Part shown: in pieces, positions 9,882 through 18,277 of the stretch
Layout: the number at the start of each line of letters is the position of its first letter
Position numbering within the stretch: the first letter of the stretch is position 1
Assembly (NCBI GenBank): GCA_963706025.1
Contig: CAVPLM010000003.1
Span: forward strand, 576,001-640,000
DNA length: 64,000 nucleotides
Reading direction: 5' to 3'
From: an uncultured Actinomycetes bacterium
GTDB lineage: Bacteria > Actinomycetota > Thermoleophilia > RBG-16-64-13
The notes under the pieces: generated by a model
What the model was told of the DNA's origin: nothing
Databases searched by the model: none
What the model saw: only the letters and a program-made list of their open reading frames with translations
Position numbers and translations under genes: made by a program

Positions 9882-10130
9882 GTGAAGGCCAAGGTACTTG
9901 TGAAGCTGCCAGCGGGGGTAGTCGGACTGGGTCTACCTCTAGAAGTTGAGTGCGAGGGAGAAACAGTCGCTGAGGCTCTGGCTGACTCGATCGCTCACGA
10001 GCCCAAGCTGAAGTCACGGATACTTCGCGACGATGGTCACGTAGTCACGGGTGTGTTCCTCAATGGTCGGAACGTCCGGCAAAGTGGGGGTTCGGAAGCG
10101 TTGGAAGGTGGGGCTTGGCGGTGCTACTAG
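9882..10130 (+). pseudogene. MoaD/ThiS-like ubiquitin-fold sulfur carrier with degenerate C-terminus
   Basis: EVECEGETVAEAL...PKLKSRIL...VFLNGRNVR matches MoaD/SAMP, but the terminal Gly-Gly is missing in this frame. Confidence 0.6.
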
Positions 10131-10227
10131 TAGTGAGCAGCGAGCAGTGAAGCCTGGCCCGTGTGCCGGGGGTTCACAGTCACAAGTCGAGCGCGCCAAC
10201 TGCCTCTTCCGCCACCACTACGATAGG

Positions 10228-11203
10228 GAGTCGAGATGTCAGTCTTTCTTCAGGCGCCTTCTTGGCTTGCTCGCGGCCGTCATCTGTCTCGTCGCCATTG
10301 CGGTATCCGCCTGCGGCGGTGACTCGTCCCCAAGTCAGCGGGGTGATTTCCTCGTCGGATACAGGCTGCACCTCGAAGCTGTTCTTGCAGCCCGCGCCGT
10401 GGTTGTAGCCACTTCCAACCAGAGGCTCGCCGCGTACAACAGCGCTCCCACCAGACCGTTGACTGCTTCTGACCTGGTGGTTGATGAGGTGGATAGTCTT
10501 CTGAACCGGGTCCGCAAGGAGCTTCCCGTCCCTCCCGACGAGCCTCTACGGTCCTCGGATGCCGCCTGGAGGTCTGGGATTGTGCGCTGGTTCCGGGCTG
10601 AGCAAGCTCTCGCCTCCGAAGATTCCCAGAAGAACCGAGATGCGGAGCAACAGGCGATGGACGAGGAGCATGGCGCGGTTCGAGCTCTCACAAAGTACGT
10701 GACAGGGTCTATGACGGCGCCTTCGACTACCACCTCGATCGCGGCCGCACCGACGACCACAAAAACGGACACTTTGAAGGTCGATGAAGCGAAGTTCACC
10801 GCCGTTTGGCGAGCGCTCATGAAGATTGAAGGGGCGACTTCGGTAGGGGTCGTTTACAATGATATGCGCAACTTGGTCCAGGACTTTGCGACGGAGATAT
10901 CCCTTCCTGCCCCAGGACATGAATGATGATGAACGGTTGGTGGCGCTCGGGCTGTTGAGCATAGCGCAGGCGTATAACGACAGCCTTAGTCTCTGGAAGG
11001 CGCAAATTGACTTCGGGAAATCCGACTCCTACAAGGGGGCGGGACTCATACCCTATGCCACAGCCGAGGCGAGCTGGGTATCCAAATACGGTCTTTCGTT
11101 CGTCACTGGGGACAAGACCAAGTTGACTCCCGATAGCATTGAACGGGTCTGGTCCTGGGCTTACGACAAGACGGACGAACTAAGACCGATCTTGGCTCCA
11201 TAG
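10228..11203 (+). CDS. putative lipoprotein, split by a frameshift near 10905 (start approximate)
   Basis: RRLLGLLAAVICLVAIAVSA-C lipobox; Thr-rich linker; ORFs 10051-10926 and 10859-11203 overlap and join at a C run. Confidence 0.55.
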
Positions 11204-11279
11204 TCTGCGCCTCGCTCCAGCCGCCCGTATTCTCGCGCGGCCAATTCTGGCGACGCTTTGGCAACGAACCATGCGTCAG

Positions 11280-11425
11280 CGGAGGAAGAAAGAACTGCCA
11301 CGCGGGGGGCTTCGAGAAGGAGTAGGCGGCGAGCCTGAGAGCTGCTCCGGTAGCAGCAGACGGAGGCCGCGAGGGTCGAGGCCGCGATCGCCGCCAATCT
11401 CAAGGAGTTGGGGTACGGAAAGTGA
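11280..11425 (+). pseudogene. hsdM: 3' remnant of type I restriction-modification methyltransferase (HsdM)
   Basis: Frame reads ELLR*QQTEAARVEAAIAANLKELGYGK*, the typical HsdM C-terminal helix, with an internal stop. Confidence 0.6.
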
Positions 11426-11436
11426 GCTGGCGCTGA

Positions 11437-11490
11437 GTTATTAGCACTTAGCGCGATATGTGATAATAAGCTCCAGCGTTATTAGCGCTT
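11437..11490. promoter_or_regulatory. repeated operator-like boxes upstream of the first Fic gene
   Basis: GTTATTAGCACTT (11437) and GTTATTAGCGCTT (11478), with an imperfect inverted copy GATAATAA between them. Confidence 0.45.
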
Positions 11491-11510
11491 GTGAGAAGAG
11501 GGATGCTCTG

Positions 11511-12671
11511 GTGCAACGGGGGATGGCAGGGCGATTCGAGGTAACCGCGGTCGGCGGCGAACGCGTGCAGGCCTTCGTACCCGCGCCGCTGCCCCCGCAG
11601 CCCGCGGTCGAGATGAGTTCCGAGCGCCAGCGACTGCTGGAGGGTGCCCTGCTTGCGTGCGGCCGGCTCGATGCCGTCACAGCATTGCTGCCCGAGCCCG
11701 ACCTTTTCCTCTACTCCTACGTGCGCCGGGAGGCCGTGCTCTCGAGCCAGATCGAAGGCACGCAGTCGTCGCTATCCGATCTCCTGCTCTTCGAACTCGA
11801 CGAGGCGCCCGGAGTGCCATTCGACGACGTGGTCGAAGTGTCCACCTACGTTGCCGCTCTGGAGCATGGGCTCGCACGTTTGGCGGGCGGGTTTCCGCTC
11901 TCCAACAGGCTCCTGCGCGAGATTCACGGGGTTCTCCTCTCGCGAGGTCGCGGTGCCACCAAGCAGCCTGGCGAGTTCCGCACCAGCCAGAACTGGATCG
12001 GAGGGACCCGCCCGGGCAATGCCCGCTTCGTCCCTCCGCCGCCTCAGGAAGTGGAGCCGTGCATGGCTGCACTCGAACGATTCCTACACGATCCTGCCGC
12101 GCCGGGAGCGCTGGTCAAAGCGGCGCTTGCCCACGTGCAGTTCGAGACCATCCATCCTTTCCTGGACGGCAATGGGCGCGTCGGACGCCTTCTCATCTCC
12201 CTCCTCCTGCACCACGATGGCGTGCTGCGTCAGCCGCTTCTCTATCTGAGCCTCTACTTCAAGCAGCACCGAGCCGAGTACTATCGGCAACTCGACGCCG
12301 TTCGCACCACCGGTGACTGGGAGGCGTGGCTCGAGTTCTTCCTCGAAGGCGTCGCCGAAACCGCCAGCGGCGCTGTAGATACGGCCCATCGGCTGCTCGC
12401 CATGTTCCAGGGCGACGTCGCGCGCATTGAAGGCCTGGGCCGGTTGTCGGGGAATGCCCTGCGGGTGTTCGACGCTCTGCGCCGCCGTCCGGTGGCCGAT
12501 ATCGATCATCTGGCTCGGGAGACCGGCATTGCCTACTCTACCGCTGCGCGGGCAGTGGAGGCTCTCGTCGGGCTGGAGGTGCTCCGTGAGTTGACCGGCA
12601 GGCAGCGCGGGCGGGTGTTCGCCTATAGCCGGTATCTGGAGATCTTGAGCGAGGGGGCGCAGCCGCTGTGA
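11511..12671 (+). CDS. Fic family protein (DUF4172-type N-terminus, C-terminal HTH)
   Basis: EAVLSSQIEG, PGEFRTSQNWIGG, intact HPFLDGNGRVGR motif; start could be GTG 11511 or ATG 11523. Confidence 0.92.
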   Translation: MQRGMAGRFEVTAVGGERVQAFVPAPLPPQPAVEMSSERQRLLEGALLACGRLDAVTALLPEPDLFLYSYVRREAVLSSQIEGTQSSLSDLLLFELDEAPGVPFDDVVEVSTYVAALEHGLARLAGGFPLSNRLLREIHGVLLSRGRGATKQPGEFRTSQNWIGGTRPGNARFVPPPPQEVEPCMAALERFLHDPAAPGALVKAALAHVQFETIHPFLDGNGRVGRLLISLLLHHDGVLRQPLLYLSLYFKQHRAEYYRQLDAVRTTGDWEAWLEFFLEGVAETASGAVDTAHRLLAMFQGDVARIEGLGRLSGNALRVFDALRRRPVADIDHLARETGIAYSTAARAVEALVGLEVLRELTGRQRGRVFAYSRYLEILSEGAQPL

Positions 12672-12689
12672 GCACCGATCGGCGAGGCC

Positions 12690-12917
12690 ACTCCTCTGGA
12701 GGAAGCCCAGGACCTGATGTACGAGGCCTGGAATGCCCAAGGCGCCCGGCGGGCCCAGCTTGCCCGCAAGGCTTTGGAGATCTCGCCCGATTGTGCGGAT
12801 GCCTACGTCCTCCTCGCCGAAGAGAAGGCGCGCACGTTGGGGGAAGCTCGGGACCTCTTCGTGCAAGGCGTCGCCGCCGGAGAGCGTGCCCTGAGCTGGC
12901 TGGCGGGCGCTCAGTGA
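12690..12917 (+). pseudogene. N-terminal fragment of a TPR-repeat protein
   Basis: TPLEEAQDLMYEAW...LARKALEISPDCADAYVLLAEE...GVAAGERAL then a premature stop. Confidence 0.6.
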
Positions 12918-13287
12918 CCCTGTCATGAACGCGCGGAGCTTATGTGGGCCGGTCTCTCGGAGCGCGGAGAGTAACCATATGCCGCGGGCAACTGATCGCT
13001 CGCGAATAATCACGCGTCGCATGGCGACTGGGCACGCATGGGCTTCAGCGATGTGATTGAGCCGAAACGTGGATACGACTTGCCCGCCGGCGAGCGGGTA
13101 GATGGGCCCCACCCCGCGGTCGAACCTGCAGACTCCTGATCAGCCGGGCTCGAAACTCCCGATCTGCCGGGGTCTCGGCCCACCGACCTGGGGGGTCTGT
13201 GAACCGCCCTCGCTTGCGTTCGCAGAATAACCTGCTAATCTACTAGCAGATTGATAGATTAATCGGCGAGCCCAGGACGGAGCAACA

Positions 13288-14469
13288 ATGTACTCTTACC
13301 GCACCACGACCCCTATCGAAGCGAGTCTTGCCCGCCTGACCGAACTGAAGCAGCGGCTCGATTTGCGGGGGCCGCTCCCGCGAATCTGGATTGGCAGGAC
13401 CCGCCGGGAACTCGAAGCCGAGGCGGTCGCCGCTTCCACCTCCATGGAAGGGGTGTCGGTCACCGTGGACGAGGTGCGGCGCATACTCGCCGGTGATCGG
13501 CCTGCTTCTGTCGCGCCCCAAGACGTGGCCTTCGTCGAGGGCTACCGCGATGCGATGAAGTTCGTTCTCAACCGGGCAGACGACTCGGAGTTCGAGTGGC
13601 ACACGGAGTTGATCCTGGGGATCCACTACCGAGTGATGGCAGAAGACCACTCGCTTGGAGCGGGAAGGTTTCGGCAGACACAGAATCGTCTGGTCGACGT
13701 AGCGGGTCGGCGGCAGGTCTTCCTCCCGCCGCCGCCGAGCGAGGTGCCGCGGCTCGTCGCCGAGCTGGCTGCGTGGGCACAGGAGCAGAGGAGTACTCCT
13801 GCCCCACTCGCGGCGGCCATGGTCCACTGCCGGCTCGCCGGGATCCATCCCTTCTCGGATGGGAACGGTCGCACCGCTCGGATACTCGCCTCCCTGGCCA
13901 TGAATCGGGGCGGATACCGGTCTCCGGAGTTCACCAGCCTGGAAGAGTGGTGGGGTGGGCACCTCGCCGACTACTACCGCGCTTTCGAGTGTCTGGGGTT
14001 TGAGTGGACCGACAGGGTGGATGTGACTCCTTTCGTCGAGGCCCATGTCAGGGCCCAGGTGAGCCAGGTGGAGGCGCTCTCGCTGCGGCAGGCGACCGAA
14101 CGGATCCTGTGGCTCGCCCTGGATGACGCCACGAAGGCCGTGGCCGGCGGTGACGGCCGGATGGCGCATGCGCTCTACGACGCCTTCTTCGGGCGAGAGG
14201 TGACGAATCGCTTCTATCGGAGCCTGGCAGACGTGTCGGTGGCGACGGCCGTCAACGATCTGGCCAGACTGGAGAGCAACGGGCTGCTGACTGCGCTGGG
14301 AGCCGGGAGGAGCCGCAGATACATCGCGGGAAGCCGGTTGGCCGGGCAGATAGCCGAGAGTGTGGGCGTCTCTTCTGTTGTTGACGAGCAGGCCCCTCTG
14401 GAGTCGCAGCGCGATGCGATCATCGTGGCGTTGGCCGAGAGGGCGAAGCAAGGTGGGTTGGGCCTATGA
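13288..14469 (+). CDS. Fic family protein with C-terminal wHTH
   Basis: ASTSMEG, HPFSDGNGRTAR motif; VSVATAVNDLARL...GAGRSRRY HTH. Confidence 0.9.
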   Translation: MYSYRTTTPIEASLARLTELKQRLDLRGPLPRIWIGRTRRELEAEAVAASTSMEGVSVTVDEVRRILAGDRPASVAPQDVAFVEGYRDAMKFVLNRADDSEFEWHTELILGIHYRVMAEDHSLGAGRFRQTQNRLVDVAGRRQVFLPPPPSEVPRLVAELAAWAQEQRSTPAPLAAAMVHCRLAGIHPFSDGNGRTARILASLAMNRGGYRSPEFTSLEEWWGGHLADYYRAFECLGFEWTDRVDVTPFVEAHVRAQVSQVEALSLRQATERILWLALDDATKAVAGGDGRMAHALYDAFFGREVTNRFYRSLADVSVATAVNDLARLESNGLLTALGAGRSRRYIAGSRLAGQIAESVGVSSVVDEQAPLESQRDAIIVALAERAKQGGLGL

Positions 14470-14668
14470 CCGCCCCCTTCCGTGGAGCGCGCCGGCCACG
14501 ACCAGGTCGTCCTCCTGGGCGGAGGAACTGCCCTTAGGCCCCACCATTTGTAAGCGTTTTGCGCCCTGAATCATCCGATTTCGGTGGCGATGAAGGGCTG
14601 ACTCCCCCGGGGGCCATAGAGGCCAGACGACAGTACGATGAGAACCTTGGCAATCGGAGCCCCGAGCA

Positions 14669-15838
14669 TCACGCCGCGGGCCCTCCCTGCTGCTGGGCCA
14701 GGCGCGCTATGAGCCCCTCGAGGTCGATTACCCGGCCCTGCTGGGCTCCACCGAGGCCGATCGTGTATTCCCGGCTGAGGCTGGGAACCACCACGACGGC
14801 GGCCGCGGCGGGATACGCGTTTTTGAAGGCACGGAGCCCCCTCAACTCACCAAGCGAGCCCTCCGACCATTTGCACTCCACCGCCAGCAGGCCTCTCTCC
14901 CCCAGATCGAAGACAAAATCCACCTCCTGGCGCTGTTTGGTTCTCCAGTAGTGTGGCCGCGCCCCCGGAACCCGAGCTTGGATCTCATTGAGGACATAGT
15001 GCTCCCAGAAGGCACCGTAGTCCTCGCTACGTGGCTCGGTAAGCCCCCGCGCGTGTCGGACGAAGCCCGTGTCGAACGCGTAGACCTTCGGGGCGCCAAC
15101 TATCTCGGTGGCGCGACGGGTGGAGTAGGGACGAATGATATGAGCCACGCGTGTCTCTTCGAGCACTCCCAGGTAGTTGGATATGGTCGTCCGGCTGACC
15201 TCGCATGGGCCTGCATAGGTGGTTGCTTCGAAAATGCCCCCGCTGTTCACCACGAGCAGTTCGACGAAGCGCATGAACGAGCCGCGCCTTTCCAAACGGA
15301 ACAGCTCCTGTACATCTCGAGCCCAGAATGAATCGAGCCACTCTTCGTATTCCTCGGGCTGCGCCTTCTCTCGCTCCAAGAAGAACGGCGGTATCCCGCC
15401 ATACCAGAGACGGTCGGGCAGGTGTTCGGCCTGGAAGTCGTGGAGATCGTGGGACATGATGGGCGTGAGCCACAGCGAGGTCTTGCGCCCCGTCAAGGTG
15501 TCGGCGAACTTCGCCTTTGCGGCCAGCGTGGACGAACCGGTGGCGATCACGCGGATGTCCGGGAAGTGATCGGCAGCGATCTTGAGCACCTCCGACGGGC
15601 GCTGGAGCCGGTGGATCTCGTCGAGGGCGACCCGCGCTCCGCGAAAATCGCCGAAGAAGCGCTCCGGCGCGTCAAGCTGCCGGCGCACGCTCGGCAACTC
15701 GCAGTCGAAGTAGGCCACCTCGTCCAGGCTCTGGCAGAGAGTCGTCTTCCCGATCCTGCGCACCCCGTGCAACCAGACCACGGACCGGCGCTCCCAGGCC
15801 GTCTCAACTCTCTGGATCCAATGTCTCCGTATTACCAT
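14669..15838 (-). CDS. AAA_14 ATPase with DUF4143 / PD-(D/E)xK-like C-terminus
   Basis: GVRRIGKT Walker A, LDEIH Walker B, TGSS, PKVYAFDTG, YWRT..Q.EVDFV, AVECK motifs. Confidence 0.88.
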   Translation of the reverse strand: MVIRRHWIQRVETAWERRSVVWLHGVRRIGKTTLCQSLDEVAYFDCELPSVRRQLDAPERFFGDFRGARVALDEIHRLQRPSEVLKIAADHFPDIRVIATGSSTLAAKAKFADTLTGRKTSLWLTPIMSHDLHDFQAEHLPDRLWYGGIPPFFLEREKAQPEEYEEWLDSFWARDVQELFRLERRGSFMRFVELLVVNSGGIFEATTYAGPCEVSRTTISNYLGVLEETRVAHIIRPYSTRRATEIVGAPKVYAFDTGFVRHARGLTEPRSEDYGAFWEHYVLNEIQARVPGARPHYWRTKQRQEVDFVFDLGERGLLAVECKWSEGSLGELRGLRAFKNAYPAAAAVVVVPSLSREYTIGLGGAQQGRVIDLEGLIARLAQQQGGPAA

Positions 15839-15887
15839 ACGCGATTAGTCTTGCACATGGTACTACCGAACGCAACTGTGGCGACGC

Positions 15888-16043
15888 TTTCTGGCGCAGT
15901 GTCTCTGGAAGTTGGGGGAGCGGGAGACCGCGATTGAGCACTACAAGGACATGCTGCGCCTGAACCCCAACGATATCCAGGGAATGCGTTACATTCTTCT
16001 TGACTGCCACCCGGCTACGAAAAGCGAGGAGGAGCTCCCATGA
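15888..16043 (+). pseudogene. downstream fragment of the same TPR-protein family as 12690-12917
   Basis: Frame reads FLAQCLWKLGERETAIEHYKDMLRLNPNDIQGMRYILL. Confidence 0.6.
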
Positions 16044-16816
16044 TCCTGGAGGATATCGCCGGCAAACGCGTACTGGTCACGGCGGCGGCGAGCGGCATCG
16101 GGGCGACGATCGCCGCGCGCTTCGCCGAAGCCGGCGCGCGGGTCTACATCTGCGATGTGGACGGCGCGGCCGTCGAGTCCTACCTTGCTGCTCATCCCGG
16201 TATCGGTGGGACCGTGGCCGATGTGGCCGAGCCTACCGACGTCGAGCGCTTCGTGCGCGAGGGGACGAGCTGGGCCGGGGGCCTCGACGTCCTCGTGAGC
16301 AACGCCGGCATCTCCGGCCCGACGGCGGCCGTGGAGGACATGGACATCGAGGGTTGGCGACGCACGCTCGACATCAACCTCACAGGGGCCTTTCTCTGTG
16401 TGCGGGCGGCGGTGCCGCACCTCAAGGCGGCTGGTGGCGGCTCCATCGTCCTGATGTCGTCCAACGCGGGCACCCTGGGGCAGCCCTTCCGGGGTCCGTA
16501 CGTGGCCACCAAATGGGGCCTGATCGGTTTCGCGAAGACCTTGGCCATGGAGCTTGGCCCGTACGGCATCCGTGCGAACGCCATCTGTCCCGGCGACGTG
16601 GACGGTGACCGCATCCGCCGGGTCATCGCCCTCGAGGCTGAGAAGCGCGGAATGACCTATGAGGAGGTGCTGGCCGAACGGGTCCAGTCGGTCTCGTTGG
16701 GCACCTTGATGACCGCGGACGACGTGGCCGCCATGGTCCTTTTCGTCTGTTCCGAGGCCGGCGCCAAGGTCTCAGGCCAGGCGCTGCTCATCGACGGCTA
16801 CGCTGCGCGCGCCTAG
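16040..16816 (+). CDS. short-chain dehydrogenase/reductase
   Basis: TAAASGIG, SNAGI, YVATK (YxxxK), NAICPG motifs. Confidence 0.92.
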   Translation: MILEDIAGKRVLVTAAASGIGATIAARFAEAGARVYICDVDGAAVESYLAAHPGIGGTVADVAEPTDVERFVREGTSWAGGLDVLVSNAGISGPTAAVEDMDIEGWRRTLDINLTGAFLCVRAAVPHLKAAGGGSIVLMSSNAGTLGQPFRGPYVATKWGLIGFAKTLAMELGPYGIRANAICPGDVDGDRIRRVIALEAEKRGMTYEEVLAERVQSVSLGTLMTADDVAAMVLFVCSEAGAKVSGQALLIDGYAARA

Positions 16817-16894
16817 GGGGCGCCGGCCGGCGGCCGGGGCGCCTATCGGGGGCCTCGGTCCGCGCCTGCCGGGTCGCCGGTGTGCCGCTGCTTC

Positions 16895-18064
16895 TCATAG
16901 CCGATCTGCCGGCAGAGCGGATCGGGGTTTCGCATCGGGCGTCGTGATCTCGTCGCGCAGTTGGAGGACCCGGATGAGGAACTCGTCGCGAAGGGCCTCC
17001 CACTCCGCCAAGCTCCGGCCCTCCGCCTGCTCCTTCGTCTGCACGTGGAGGGCGTTTATCAGCTCGTCGGTCAGCTCCGGGTAGTGGATGTGCGCCCAGT
17101 CGTCGACGTGATCGGGGTTGAACTGGCGGATGGCGTGCTCCATGCCGCCGCGTCCGCCTTGAAGCAGGTAGACCATCGCCGGACCGAAGAGCGCCCATCG
17201 TAGTCCCGGCCCGTCGAAGATCGAGGCGTCGAGCTCAGCCGTGGTGGCGATGCCGTCGTTGACCAAGTGGAACGCCTCCCGGTAGAGCGCCTCTTGCAGA
17301 CGGTTGGCGATGAAGCCCGGCGCCTCTACGCGGCAGTGCAGGGGCTTCTTGCCGAGGGACTCGTAGAAGGTCATGGCGCTCTCGATTACCTGCGCCGACG
17401 TCTGCTCGCCGCCGACCACCTCGACAAGCGGCAGGAGGTGCACCGGGTTGAAAGGATGGCCGACAAGCACTCTCTCCGGATGTGCGCAGACCGACTGCAT
17501 TAGCGTGGGCAGGATCCCGGAGGTGCTGGAGGCAATCACCGCCTGGGGAGGGCAGGCGGCGTCGATTCGCCGCAGCACCTCGAGCTTCAGGGCCTCGATG
17601 TCCGGGACGCTCTCCTGGACCCAGTCTGCGTCGGCCACGGCTGTCTCCAGGTCGGGGGTGAAGACCAGCCCCGGAGGTTGGGCCGACTTCGTACGTCCGA
17701 GCCGCTCCAGCGCCGGCCATGCCGCTGCGATGTCCGCCTGCAGGCGCTCTTCAGCCCCTGGAGCGGGGTCGGTGGCGGTCACTTCGAGGCCGGCAGCCAG
17801 GAACTGCGCCGCCCAACGGGCCCCGATGAGACCAGTGCCGACGCAGGCCACCCGCCGCACGCCGGCTACCGGCCGCCCGCCGGCCGTCTGCCGCCCGTCG
17901 GCCACCTGCCGTTCGCCGGCCGCCCGCGATGCGTCGGCCGCCCGCGGTGTGCCGGGTACCTGCCCTACGCCGGCCACCTGCGATGCGTCGGCCGCTCGCG
18001 GTGTGCCGGGTACCTGCCGCACGCCGGCCGTCTGCCCCTCCTCCCGCCGATGTGAAGTACCCAT
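16895..18064 (-). CDS. L-carnitine dehydrogenase-like 3-hydroxyacyl-CoA dehydrogenase family protein with a repetitive N-terminal extension
   Basis: GTGLIGARWAAQFL, QESVP, SSTSG, GHPFNP, GFIANRLQEAL.REA, GPGLRWA motifs typical of CdhA/LcdH; same cluster as a BKACE gene. Confidence 0.82.
   Translation of the reverse strand: MGTSHRREEGQTAGVRQVPGTPRAADASQVAGVGQVPGTPRAADASRAAGERQVADGRQTAGGRPVAGVRRVACVGTGLIGARWAAQFLAAGLEVTATDPAPGAEERLQADIAAAWPALERLGRTKSAQPPGLVFTPDLETAVADADWVQESVPDIEALKLEVLRRIDAACPPQAVIASSTSGILPTLMQSVCAHPERVLVGHPFNPVHLLPLVEVVGGEQTSAQVIESAMTFYESLGKKPLHCRVEAPGFIANRLQEALYREAFHLVNDGIATTAELDASIFDGPGLRWALFGPAMVYLLQGGRGGMEHAIRQFNPDHVDDWAHIHYPELTDELINALHVQTKEQAEGRSLAEWEALRDEFLIRVLQLRDEITTPDAKPRSALPADRL
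17846..18043. repeat. about 11 degenerate 18-bp tandem units, including a near-perfect 54-bp duplication, in the dehydrogenase 5' end
   Basis: Units such as GGCCACCTGCGATGCGTC and GGGTACCTGCCGCACGCC; protein shows QVPGTPRAADAS twice. Confidence 0.8.
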
Positions 18065-18277
18065 CTTATCCCCCCGTCCAACAACTCGTTTCAAAATGAA
18101 GCCGCGGCCGCCTAGTGCACCCTGGACGGCACGACTGTACGTCCTCGGTCGCGCAAATAGCGCTGCTATTCACGCTCCCTGCGTTCTTCTCTCGCGCTCG
18201 CCCAGGGCGTCCCTGACGGCGGAGCTTCATTCTGAAACGAGTTCCAAGGCCCGCTCACGCGCAGCCTTTCCCCCGTC

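Noticed and set aside
17846-18043. Tandem repeats as a possible CRISPR array (also 42256-42352 and 62462-62560)
   Set aside because: No unique spacers, unit lengths are multiples of 3 inside coding frames, and there are no cas genes
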